Positions 8,326 to 16,727 of a stretch of 32,000 nucleotides of DNA are shown here, piece after piece. The position numbers were made by a program, and so were the translations under genes. How positions within the stretch are numbered: position 1 is the stretch's first letter; each line of letters opens with the position of its first letter. The notes under the pieces are model-generated. The model saw nothing but the letters and a program-made list of their open reading frames with translations. It was not told where the DNA came from and did not search any database. The DNA is from Candidatus Methanoperedens sp. (GTDB lineage Archaea > Halobacteriota > Methanosarcinia > Methanosarcinales > Methanoperedenaceae): contig JAPZAR010000027.1 in assembly GCA_027460535.1 (NCBI GenBank), positions 90,001 to 122,000 on the forward strand. The letters are read 5' to 3'.

Positions 8326-10074
8326 CTACTTGGTTATTACTGCCTGTGCCTCTCCTGAGTTCGCAGTAATCACTGTCACAATATCGCCTATTGCAGCAGC
8401 CGAATTCTTTGCCTTTATCTGGGTATTACTCCAGCTGTTGATACTCGTTGAGACGATCTGGTTTCCTGCGTGTTTGACGCTTACGTAATACTGCGCATTT
8501 GTTGCAGGCTTAGTTCCAAAGTTCGTACCGGTTATGGTTATTACTCCTTTGCTGAGTTTCGCAGAAGTTATCTTTGGATTTGATACAATAGTCAATGTCG
8601 ACAGTTTGCTAAGCGTATTTCCGCCTTTCACAAGTTGCAGTTTATGGACTCCTGCACTGAGTGCCGGTATGTTAACTACTATCTTCATATCTGTTATAGA
8701 TGTGAGTGTATATGTCACTCCATCTACGGTTACTACAGATGTATAGGCATCATTCACGAAGTTCGAACCTGTGATAGTAAGAGTTGTGGCAGTTCCTACG
8801 GCTATTACCGACGGGCTTACAGTGTCCACAGTTGGAATAATGGCTCCAGACGTCCATGAATCTGCTGGCAGCCATGAACTGTGGCAACCAGAGCAATCTG
8901 TGTTATTGTTTATATGCCCAAGTCCTTGCGGACCGTTGTAAGTGTATCCTCCAGAGCCCTGGATATTGTGTAGCGACATTACACCGTGGCATTTTTCGCA
9001 ACCTGTACCATTAACGGTGATATTAGTCGTCCCTGTTTCATACGAATTTATCAATGCGTCTGCTGATTCGATGGTTGAATCCCTGAGTTCCATCGCATTA
9101 ACAAGTATCTGGTTCGGAGTAACGAAAGTATTAGTTAAGGTTAACTCTAATGGACCGCCACTGCCAGACGGGTCGATCACATGGCACACAAAGCAGGCTC
9201 TGCCACCCGGGGCATAGCTGAGATTAAACGGAGTCGCGTTTGTTTGATAACCTGTGCCGCCAATACTTCCGCTTCCAAGTATACTTAAGTGATGGTTGTC
9301 GTAATTGCTGCCAATTTGTTGTGGTATTGCACTATAATTGGACAGATGGCATGAGTAACAACCGCCCCATGTCTTATAGCCACCTGTGGGTGAAACGCCA
9401 ACTGTATGTTTATCACTGATACTAAGAATATTGCCACCCTGGTTACCAAGTCCGTCCGGTTGGGAGACGTTGGTCACCCTAAAGGAAGCGTATGGGGTTA
9501 TCATGAAGTCCGCAGCATACGATCCTTTATAATGACCATCGTTGTAGTCGTCCACGAAACTGCCATGACAGAATTTGCACGTCCTGTTTGCAGCAGGATT
9601 TCCAATATTCGAACTGGCATATGATGTATTGACATGATGAGGTCTGGGAAAATTACATACTTGTGCACCGATGCCATTGCCCCAGAAAGCTGTCCCATTA
9701 TGGCAATCTACACAGCTTCTGTCAAGCAATACTCCTCCTTGCATGGCTGGATTGACTGCATGACAAGACGGACAACCGTATACATTATTAGTGCAGGCAT
9801 TTAATATACCTTGAACCACCAGGGTGTGATGCCTTGTTGCCACTCCGCCAAGTGTGTTATTGTATCCGCCACTGATGTTTGTTCCTGTTGATTGATGGCA
9901 TTGTCTGCACACACTCTGGTCAGTTTGATTGGTCACAAGGAAGTCTATACTTATATCTTGCAAACCAATGGTTTGAGGCACCGGCGGTGGGGGTGGCGGT
10001 GTAAATGCATATCCTATTCCAGCTAATACTGCAAACAGCAGTAAGGCTGACGCTATTTTTCTTAAATTTTTCAT
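8326..10074 (-). CDS. Secreted octaheme c-type cytochrome with two C-terminal IPT/TIG-like beta-sandwich domains
   Basis: There is a signal peptide (MKNLRKIASALLLFAVLAGIGYA) followed by PPPPPPVP. The eight CxxCH motifs are CRQCH, CPSCH, CVDCH, CKFCH, CYSCH, CFVCH, CEKCH and CSGCH. Two IPT-like repeats occupy the C-terminus (VSPSVIAVGTATTLTITGSNF and KGVITITGTNFG). GGAG lies upstream of the ATG at 10074. Confidence 0.9.
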   Translation of the reverse strand: MKNLRKIASALLLFAVLAGIGYAFTPPPPPPVPQTIGLQDISIDFLVTNQTDQSVCRQCHQSTGTNISGGYNNTLGGVATRHHTLVVQGILNACTNNVYGCPSCHAVNPAMQGGVLLDRSCVDCHNGTAFWGNGIGAQVCNFPRPHHVNTSYASSNIGNPAANRTCKFCHGSFVDDYNDGHYKGSYAADFMITPYASFRVTNVSQPDGLGNQGGNILSISDKHTVGVSPTGGYKTWGGCYSCHLSNYSAIPQQIGSNYDNHHLSILGSGSIGGTGYQTNATPFNLSYAPGGRACFVCHVIDPSGSGGPLELTLTNTFVTPNQILVNAMELRDSTIESADALINSYETGTTNITVNGTGCEKCHGVMSLHNIQGSGGYTYNGPQGLGHINNNTDCSGCHSSWLPADSWTSGAIIPTVDTVSPSVIAVGTATTLTITGSNFVNDAYTSVVTVDGVTYTLTSITDMKIVVNIPALSAGVHKLQLVKGGNTLSKLSTLTIVSNPKITSAKLSKGVITITGTNFGTKPATNAQYYVSVKHAGNQIVSTSINSWSNTQIKAKNSAAAIGDIVTVITANSGEAQAVITK

Positions 10075-10664
10075 TTTTCTACTCCTATCTCTCCTATTTT
10101 TTATAATCGCAACAATATGTGATAAAATAATTACTGAAGTCGATTGACTCTCCTATGAAAGAATCAATTTTATCCACCTTATACCATCCACAAATTATTA
10201 CGATATATCCTATTATAGGACATTATATGTTACGTCACGATTCTAATATACTTTTCTATTGTTATGCACATGATGAAAACATAGTGTCAAATGCCCTTGG
10301 ATTTTTTTGATTATATGACATAATAAGTCACATTCATGATTTATTTGATGGGCTCTACGCCAAAATCAAATCTCTGGCTTTTGTTTTGAGATCTTCTTTA
10401 ACAATAATGAAAAAGACCATCTGGTTTTCTGTTTGTCCTTATGTATTTGGAAAAATAACTATAATAAAAATAGACGACAAAGAAAATTTAGAAATGTTTT
10501 AGAAAAAGCTACGCCTGAAATTATTCTCATTCTCCCGGAGACGATAGGAAGCCAGAATGACAAAAACATTAGAAACCTTCATGCACCCGCACTTCACGCC
10601 ACACATGTGTAGAAAAAAAGATAAAGTCGTGCGCCAAATATACATCAAAAGGAGTGGCAACAAA

Positions 10665-11522
10665 ATGTACAGAAAGATAGACAGGATATCAAAGAGCAAA
10701 CCAACACTTGAAGGCGCGGGAGTTCATCTGAAAAGGGCATTCGGTTACAGCGAAGTTCCTTTACTGGATCCTTTCCTGCTTCTGGATGATTTTCATTCTG
10801 ATAATCCCGCCGATTATATAGCGGGATTTCCCTGGCATCCTCACAGGGGTATTGAAACTGTGACCTACATGCTGGAAGGCAGGGTGGAGCACGGCGACAG
10901 CATGGGAAATAAAGGCGTGATCTTTCCGGGCGATGTCCAGTGGATGACCGCGGGAAGTGGAATAATCCATCAGGAAATGCCCAAGGGAGATAATGGACGT
11001 ATGGGAGGATTCCAGCTGTGGGTGAATCTCCCCTCCACGCATAAAATGATGGAACCAAGATACAGGGAAGTAAAAAATGAACAGATACCTGAAGTTTCGA
11101 TAGATGAAAATGTTAAGGTCCGGGTCATTAGCGGGGAAGTAGGGAATACAAAAGGACCAGTCCGGGATATCGTGGTTGACCCGGAATATCTTGATATTAC
11201 AATGGCTCCCAACACAGAATTTGAACACCGTATCAAGAAAGGATACAGAGCTTTTGCTTATGTGGTTAAAGGCAGCGGCAATTTTGACCCGGATAAAAGA
11301 AAATTGACAGATATTGAGAATCTCGTGATCTTCAAAGATGGTGATAATGTTAAGATCTCAACTGACAATAAAAGTCTCCGTTTCCTTCTGATCTCAGGCA
11401 AACCACTTGGCGAGCCAGTAGCCTGGTACGGGCCCATTGTCATGAACACGCAAGAGGAATTGGATATGGCGTTTGAGGAATACCGGAACGGTACCTTTAT
11501 CAAACACATGTCCTCGAAATGA
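10665..11522 (+). CDS. Pirin family protein (bicupin)
   Basis: Matching segments are GAGVHLKRAFG, GFPWHPHRGIETVTYMLEG-VEHGDS and WMTAGSGIIHQEMP. I chose the ATG at 10665 because AAAGGAG lies about 10 nt upstream and it gives the usual 285 aa or so. The ORF-track start at 10557 adds a non-homologous extension. Confidence 0.9.
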   Translation: MYRKIDRISKSKPTLEGAGVHLKRAFGYSEVPLLDPFLLLDDFHSDNPADYIAGFPWHPHRGIETVTYMLEGRVEHGDSMGNKGVIFPGDVQWMTAGSGIIHQEMPKGDNGRMGGFQLWVNLPSTHKMMEPRYREVKNEQIPEVSIDENVKVRVISGEVGNTKGPVRDIVVDPEYLDITMAPNTEFEHRIKKGYRAFAYVVKGSGNFDPDKRKLTDIENLVIFKDGDNVKISTDNKSLRFLLISGKPLGEPVAWYGPIVMNTQEELDMAFEEYRNGTFIKHMSSK

Positions 11523-11573
11523 TCCTGAATTCAGGATTATGTCCGCCCTAAAATTAGGGTGTTAAACGGCGGA
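11522..11573 (+). terminator. Palindrome / hairpin pair directly after the pirin stop codon (terminator candidate)
   Basis: A perfect 16-bp palindrome ATCCTGAATTCAGGAT (11522-11537) overlaps the stop codon. It is followed by TCCGCC (11542-11547) / GGCGGA (11568-11573), which enclose CCCTAA/TTAGGG. There is no long T-run. Confidence 0.3.
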
Positions 11574-11646
11574 AAATTTCTGCAGGACATAAAGCTTATA
11601 TTCACCCAGGATAAATTTCCGTATCGCATAAAGTGGGAGGTTTCGT

Positions 11647-12408
11647 ATGAAAATATTGATGCTGGGATTGCTGATGGCAGCCCTCGTAATTTCAGGTTGC
11701 ACACAAAAGGCGGACCGCGGTTCAACAGAGAGCCAGATACAGAGCGCAACTGTGGATATCGTAAGCGGAAACCTGACTTATCCTGCTTACCTCGCAGCAC
11801 CCACAGCAGAAGGCAAAAAACCTGCTGTGGTGCTTATACACTCTTTCAATGGCCTTGAACCCGGCTACCGCAGCCTGACCGATAATTTTGCAAGTGAAGG
11901 TTATGTTGTGATCTCTCCCGAATGGCAGACTTTCAATAAGACGCCGGCGGATGAAGTTTTGGGAGGACTGATAAAGGACTCTGTGGCTTACCTGCGAACG
12001 AGAAATGATGTTGATACAAATCGCCTGGGGCTCACGGGATTCTGCGCCGGCGGAAGGTACACCATGCTATTCCTGCCGCAGATGCCTGAGTTCAAATCGG
12101 GAGTTGCCTGGTATGGCTTCCCATATTCAGGAGGATTTGCCAACCAATCCAAACCCGCAGATTATATTGACCAGTTGAAAGCGCCCATGCTGATGATCCA
12201 CGGAACTCACGACATGGCAAGCCCGATAGCAGACATATACAGCTACGCGACGGCATTGAATGCTTCAGGCAAGTATTTTGAGCTCAAGGTCTACCAGGGC
12301 CAGCCCCACGGGTTCATGATAGAGAACGGACAGCTTTCACAGAGTTTCGAAGCCAGGGATGCTTACAGGGAGATGGTGACATTCTTTAACCGCACACTGG
12401 GTGAATGA
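11647..12408 (+). CDS. Dienelactone hydrolase family protein, predicted lipoprotein
   Basis: The lipobox-type signal is MKILMLGLLMAALVISGC. The Cys nucleophile elbow is GFCAGG, and the C-terminal catalytic His context is GQPHGF. GGGAGG lies upstream of the ATG. Confidence 0.85.
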   Translation: MKILMLGLLMAALVISGCTQKADRGSTESQIQSATVDIVSGNLTYPAYLAAPTAEGKKPAVVLIHSFNGLEPGYRSLTDNFASEGYVVISPEWQTFNKTPADEVLGGLIKDSVAYLRTRNDVDTNRLGLTGFCAGGRYTMLFLPQMPEFKSGVAWYGFPYSGGFANQSKPADYIDQLKAPMLMIHGTHDMASPIADIYSYATALNASGKYFELKVYQGQPHGFMIENGQLSQSFEARDAYREMVTFFNRTLGE

Positions 12409-12526
12409 TTGAACGGCAAGTGAAATCTAAATACTTCATCGGTTAATAGAAATATTGCGAGGAACACGGATTCCACGGATGATAAAATATCGGTGGATAT
12501 CCGTCAAATCCATCCGTGTCAATTTC

Positions 12527-13267
12527 TCACAATCCCAATGCTTCAATAACCAATTTTGCAGTTGCTTTTCCTGAGTACTGCTGTTGCCCTGTGATCAATC
12601 TTCCATCCCTGATCGCAAATTCTTTCCAGAGGCCAGCACTCACGAAGTTCGCGCCAATTTTCCTGGCTTCATCCTCTATCCTGAAAGGCATCACTTTCTG
12701 TTTCATAAGGTTATCGACAAAATCCTCTTCAATGTTCGAAAACCCGGTCATTGTCTTTCCTTTTATCAAATTGCTGCCATCTGATAATTTCACTTTGAGC
12801 AATGCGCTTACCCCGTGGCATAATGCAGCCGTGATTTTTTCCGATTCGTAAAACTCTGCCAGAATCTTGTGGAGGCTCTTTTCATTCGGAAAAGTGAACA
12901 TCGGGCTTTGTCCGCCGCACACTACAATCGCATCATAATCCTGGTGTTTTACCTCTGAAATTTTCTTTGTGTTTTCTAGCAATCCTGCAAGTGCTGGTGT
13001 ATTCAGGAACCCCATGCTTATCAGGTCATGTGCAGAATAACCGCTTTCATGGCGCGGGTCGCTGAATGCATCCAGTTCGACTTTTCCACCTTTTGGACTT
13101 GCGATCTCAACTTGATAGCCTACTTCCATAAATTCGTAATACGGATGAGTTAATTCAGAAGCCCAGAAACCCACCGGCAATTTAGTGGTGGTGGCTACCG
13201 ATGGATTTGCCACAACCATCAGGATTTTCTTTGGCTCGCTTCTTACAGCATTAACGGTTTTGACCAT
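12527..13267 (-). CDS. DJ-1/PfpI superfamily protein (Hsp31-like class I glutamine amidotransferase-like fold)
   Basis: The nucleophile elbow is AALCHGVSAL, and the N-terminus is KKILMVVANPS. The start is set at the ATG at 13267 because GGAGGTAATATTC immediately precedes it. Confidence 0.8.
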   Translation of the reverse strand: MVKTVNAVRSEPKKILMVVANPSVATTTKLPVGFWASELTHPYYEFMEVGYQVEIASPKGGKVELDAFSDPRHESGYSAHDLISMGFLNTPALAGLLENTKKISEVKHQDYDAIVVCGGQSPMFTFPNEKSLHKILAEFYESEKITAALCHGVSALLKVKLSDGSNLIKGKTMTGFSNIEEDFVDNLMKQKVMPFRIEDEARKIGANFVSAGLWKEFAIRDGRLITGQQQYSGKATAKLVIEALGL

Positions 13268-13317
13268 GAATATTACCTCCAATTTTTCTTAATCTCAAAA
13301 TATGTTCAGGCATTATT

Positions 13318-13881
13318 TTATCTTTTGAATTTATTGCCGATATTCCAGGCTTTCCCGACATAGTTCCCAACAGTCCAGAAACTATTATCCGGCATGGTTA
13401 AAAGCAGTGGATTCATTTTCTTGATATCCAGCTTGCCGTCGGTGAGATATTTTTCTTCCGTGTAGGAAGCCACAATTTCACCGATAAAAAAAATATTGGT
13501 CGGTAATTCAACTTTATCAATAAGCTTGCATTCAAGACACAGCGGACATTCCTTGATCATGGGAGCTGTTTTGAGTTCTCCGTAAAAGAGTTCGAAGACG
13601 TTTGATTTATCGACATTTTTCCCCGAGACAAGTCCACAATAATCAACAGCTTCAACCATGTCTGCAGATGGAAAGTTGACGCTGAAGGTTTTTGTTTCAA
13701 GCATGCCCTTTAAGGTATGATGAACTTTATTGACCCCAACTCCCAAAAAAGGAGGATTCGCATTGACCCGGGACACCCAGCCAAGTGCCATAAAGTTAGC
13801 TTTTCGTCCAACATTAACACCTAATAACGTCACCGGGTTGGGATACACAAAAGTGTTCGCTCCAATATTGATTTTCACCAT
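13318..13881 (-). CDS. Flavin reductase-like (FMN-binding split-barrel) protein
   Basis: The pattern is PNPVTLLGVNVGRKANFMALGWVSRVNANPPFLGVGV...HTLKGM...FSVNFPS. The start is trimmed to the ATG at 13881 (MVKINIG), because the upstream 29 codons look non-coding. Confidence 0.75.
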   Translation of the reverse strand: MVKINIGANTFVYPNPVTLLGVNVGRKANFMALGWVSRVNANPPFLGVGVNKVHHTLKGMLETKTFSVNFPSADMVEAVDYCGLVSGKNVDKSNVFELFYGELKTAPMIKECPLCLECKLIDKVELPTNIFFIGEIVASYTEEKYLTDGKLDIKKMNPLLLTMPDNSFWTVGNYVGKAWNIGNKFKR

Positions 13882-13981
13882 AACATTAACCCCTTGCTGG
13901 ATAATAAGACATTTTGCTATATAATTATATGCCCCGACATGATCAGAAATTCGAATAGGAAGAATCATTTCTAATTTCTAG

Positions 13982-15598
13982 TCACAAGCTCCCCCTCTGG
14001 TTCCTTTTCGCAGCACCTGACAGCACAAGGTCTGCTGCATACCTGCCACTGTATATCGACGTTCCCATCCCGCCGTAGAAAAGATGGCTGAATGACTGCA
14101 ACCCCACCATGAGCAATCCCGGTACTGGAGTGATCGCAAGGCTTCGAGCCCAGGGTTTTGGCTGGTCGACGGATCGCCAGGACCAACCTGCCACGGATCC
14201 TTCGCTGCGGTGTCCCCAGTATCGGTATGTAAGGGGAGTTGCCACCTCCCGAACCACCACAGCGCCGGGAAGTCCGGGCACTACGTTCGCAGCAGCGGCT
14301 ACAAGGGCGTCTGCCATCTCCTCTTTCATCGAGTAATAACGTTCATTATGGCGCCCACGGCCGCCTCCTGAGAAAGGGGCAAAGTGATCGAATGGCGCAT
14401 CCACCTTGATAATGAGGACTTCAAATCCCTGTGGGGCGAACGTTGGGTCGTGCCTCGACCACAGGGAAAGCCAGATCTCGTCCTGAAGGAAGTCCTCCGG
14501 ACGGGGCCGCTTCTGTTCCCAGGGAACGGCCTTCCCTTCCCTGAGTTTTACCATCAGGTGATGTCCGCGGAATGCGGAGAGATCCACATGCTCTCTCTTC
14601 ACGCCAAGAAAGACTGTAAAAGCGGAGGACGTGAGCCGCATACGGGATACTTCCTCCTTCTCATGGGCCGGGATGTTGCCAGGCGGGAGGAGCTCAAGGA
14701 TGGTTTTTCGATAGTCAGCGTCAGAAATGACAAGAGGGGATCTTATCCACTCTCCTCCAGCAAGTTCTACCCCGGCGGCGGCACCATCCTGCACCAATAT
14801 GCGTTTTACCCTTTCACCCAGACGAATCTCTCCGCCGAAGGCGCGCACCCGGCCTGCGAGCAGTTGTGAGACGGTATCTATCCCTCCTTTTACATACCAT
14901 ATCCCCACTTTGGACATGAAGCGCCACATCTCGGCCAGAAGCACTACCGGCATCTCGGTTTCACTTGTTCCCTGGCTGCCCAGGAGATCCTTGAGCCGCT
15001 CATCTTGAAGGTGGCTGTCAAGCAGCTTCTTAGCTGAGATACCCCAGCGCTCAAGCACCAAACGTGCAGCGCTGTTTGTGGTGCGATCTACCATGGTTTC
15101 GATGAGATCCGAAGGTTGAAGAATTTCGAGGGCAGCCATCACCTCCTCCAGAATGTTGATTACCGAAAGGATTCCCTTACGCTCTTTGGGGAAATAATCC
15201 AGTAACTGCTTCGCTAGCTGATCAAGGGGTACAGAGATCACTACGTCCATAGCACCCCTCCTGACCTGAAAGCAGTCCCGGATAAAGCCCGGTGGCTGCT
15301 CCACGCCCAGCTCGCTAAGTGAATCTGAGATGTATGAAGGCATCGTGACTGAATGAGGGCCGGTCGGAAAGGTGAAACCACTGCGTCTGAAGACATGAGC
15401 GGTGCCCCCCAGATGATGGTCTTGCTCCAGCACGATCACTCTGCGTCCCGCGCGGGCAAGATAGGCTGCGGCTGACAGACCACCCATCCCGGCCCCGATA
15501 ACGATGGCGTCGGCGCTATCCATGATGCTGCGGGCATCAGTAATAATATTGGTTTTGCCATTATTACTTTCATTCACCGGCTCGGTTACTTCATTCAT
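13982..15598 (-). CDS. FAD-dependent oxidoreductase of the phytoene desaturase (CrtI)/COG1233-like family
   Basis: The N-terminal dinucleotide-binding motif is DAIVIGAGMGGLSAAAYLARAGRRVIVLEQDHHLGGTA. The product is 538 aa. The gene is clearly GC-richer than its neighbours. Confidence 0.8.
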   Translation of the reverse strand: MNEVTEPVNESNNGKTNIITDARSIMDSADAIVIGAGMGGLSAAAYLARAGRRVIVLEQDHHLGGTAHVFRRSGFTFPTGPHSVTMPSYISDSLSELGVEQPPGFIRDCFQVRRGAMDVVISVPLDQLAKQLLDYFPKERKGILSVINILEEVMAALEILQPSDLIETMVDRTTNSAARLVLERWGISAKKLLDSHLQDERLKDLLGSQGTSETEMPVVLLAEMWRFMSKVGIWYVKGGIDTVSQLLAGRVRAFGGEIRLGERVKRILVQDGAAAGVELAGGEWIRSPLVISDADYRKTILELLPPGNIPAHEKEEVSRMRLTSSAFTVFLGVKREHVDLSAFRGHHLMVKLREGKAVPWEQKRPRPEDFLQDEIWLSLWSRHDPTFAPQGFEVLIIKVDAPFDHFAPFSGGGRGRHNERYYSMKEEMADALVAAAANVVPGLPGAVVVREVATPLTYRYWGHRSEGSVAGWSWRSVDQPKPWARSLAITPVPGLLMVGLQSFSHLFYGGMGTSIYSGRYAADLVLSGAAKRNQRGSL

Positions 15599-15747
15599 AT
15601 ATTTTATTGGATGTTTTCTTTCACGTCATTTTCAGATTGAGGAATCTATCAATGACATCATAGGCATTAAATATTGAAAAGCATATCCTAAATGAAGGCT
15701 AATCCAAAGACTTTTTATAAGTATCAGTCCTGATATAAGGTATTAAT

Positions 15748-16473
15748 ATGATAATCGCATGGGGTATCACCGGCGCAGGCCATTTCCTGAAGGAGAGTTT
15801 CGATATTTTTAAGAATCTCAAAAAAAAAAATAAAGACCTGAGGATCAATTCCTTTGTATCACGCGCAGGTGAGGAAGTGATTGCCATGTACGGCCTCAAG
15901 AACGAGCTTTCCGGTATCTCCTGCGGCGATTACCTTGAGGAGGCATTTTATGAAAGCCAGCAGGGTTCAAGTTTCCCAAAAACCGGAAGGTTCCTGCTGA
16001 AAAGATACGATTGCCTGATCGTCTCTCCTGCCACATCCAATACCACAGCAAAGCTCGCTTACGGGATAGCGGATACCCTCGTGACCAATGCAGTTGCTCA
16101 GGCTGTAAAGGGAAATGTCCCTGTTTTCATTGTGCCTGTGGATATTTCAGGAACCATAGAGTCGAAGATGCCCTACTCTATTGACCGTGAGATATGCATG
16201 AGATGCGAACTCTGCCCTCCCGCTGAAGAATGCCCTGAACATGCGATCACAGACCAGATCCAGCTCTTAAAATGCACCGGATGCGGGCTCTGTGTCAGGC
16301 TTTGCAGCTTCGGAGCCATTCGAGGAGGACTGGCCCGGCTCAAAGTCCGGGATGTGGATTCGAAAAATGTGAGAATATTGCAGGGACTTGAGGGAATAAC
16401 AGTGCTTGACAATCCTGATGGCATTCCTGATGTGATCAAAAATCTAAAATCTATGCAAAAATTGAAGTACTAA
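15748..16473 (+). CDS. Archaeal flavoprotein (AfpA/HFCD-like) fused to a 2x[4Fe-4S] ferredoxin domain; DmrX-like (dihydromethanopterin reductase-type architecture)
   Basis: The flavoprotein part shows IIAWGITGAGHFL and LIVSPATSNTTAKLAYGIADTLVTN. The C-terminal Cys clusters are CMRCELCPPAEECP and CTGCGLCVRLC. Confidence 0.7.
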   Translation: MIIAWGITGAGHFLKESFDIFKNLKKKNKDLRINSFVSRAGEEVIAMYGLKNELSGISCGDYLEEAFYESQQGSSFPKTGRFLLKRYDCLIVSPATSNTTAKLAYGIADTLVTNAVAQAVKGNVPVFIVPVDISGTIESKMPYSIDREICMRCELCPPAEECPEHAITDQIQLLKCTGCGLCVRLCSFGAIRGGLARLKVRDVDSKNVRILQGLEGITVLDNPDGIPDVIKNLKSMQKLKY

Positions 16474-16501
16474 AGGAATAAAATGGAGGGAGGTAATTAT
16501 C

Positions 16502-16726
16502 TTGTTCCCAAATAAGAAAGTCCAAACATTAATAGGTAAACGTGTACAGGTAGAAATGAAAGGCGATAAACATACTCTTGAGGGAAAACTTGAGAGCGCT
16601 GATGATAATCTGAATCTGCATCTTGTAGATACTTTTGAGATCGCAGATGGAGCGAAGTCCCGCTCTCTTGGTTCGGTGGTATTAAGAGGAAATAATATAA
16701 TCCTGCTATGTCCTATCGGGGAGTAG
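16502..16726 (+). CDS. Sm-like (LSm/SmAP) RNA-binding protein
   Basis: The Sm1/Sm2 pattern is LIGKRVQVEMKGDKHTLEGKLESADDNLNLHL...VVLRGNNIILL. The TTG start at 16502 is supported by GGAGGGAGGT at 16485-16494. The nearby ATG at 16483 is out of frame. Confidence 0.85.
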   Translation: MFPNKKVQTLIGKRVQVEMKGDKHTLEGKLESADDNLNLHLVDTFEIADGAKSRSLGSVVLRGNNIILLCPIGE

Positions 16727-16727
16727 A

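Noticed and set aside
10557-10664. A 36-codon N-terminal extension of the pirin ORF, plus antisense ORFs at 10645-11236
   Set aside because: The extension lacks an SD and has no pirin-like sequence. The internal ATG at 10665 has AAAGGAG upstream and gives the canonical length. The antisense ORFs overlap a well-supported gene.
10075-10664. A 590-bp AT-rich divergent intergenic region, scanned for C/D-box sRNAs (AUGAUGA at 10271-10277), tRNAs and repeats
   Set aside because: The C-box-like heptamer has no matching D box (CUGA) at a suitable distance and no terminal stem. The only short palindrome is TCCTAT-T-ATAGGA at 10208-10220. There is no convincing RNA gene.
14384-14869. A 161-aa plus-strand ORF, and others at 14109-14336 and 14727-15008, within the CrtI-like gene
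   Set aside because: These long antisense ORFs are the expected by-product of the elevated GC content of this gene, and they have no independent support.
15820-15830. An A11 homopolymer inside the DmrX-like coding region, encoding KKKNK
   Set aside because: It could be a slippage-prone tract, but the frame is intact on both sides and the encoded Lys-rich loop is plausible. Nothing points to phase variation or frameshifting.
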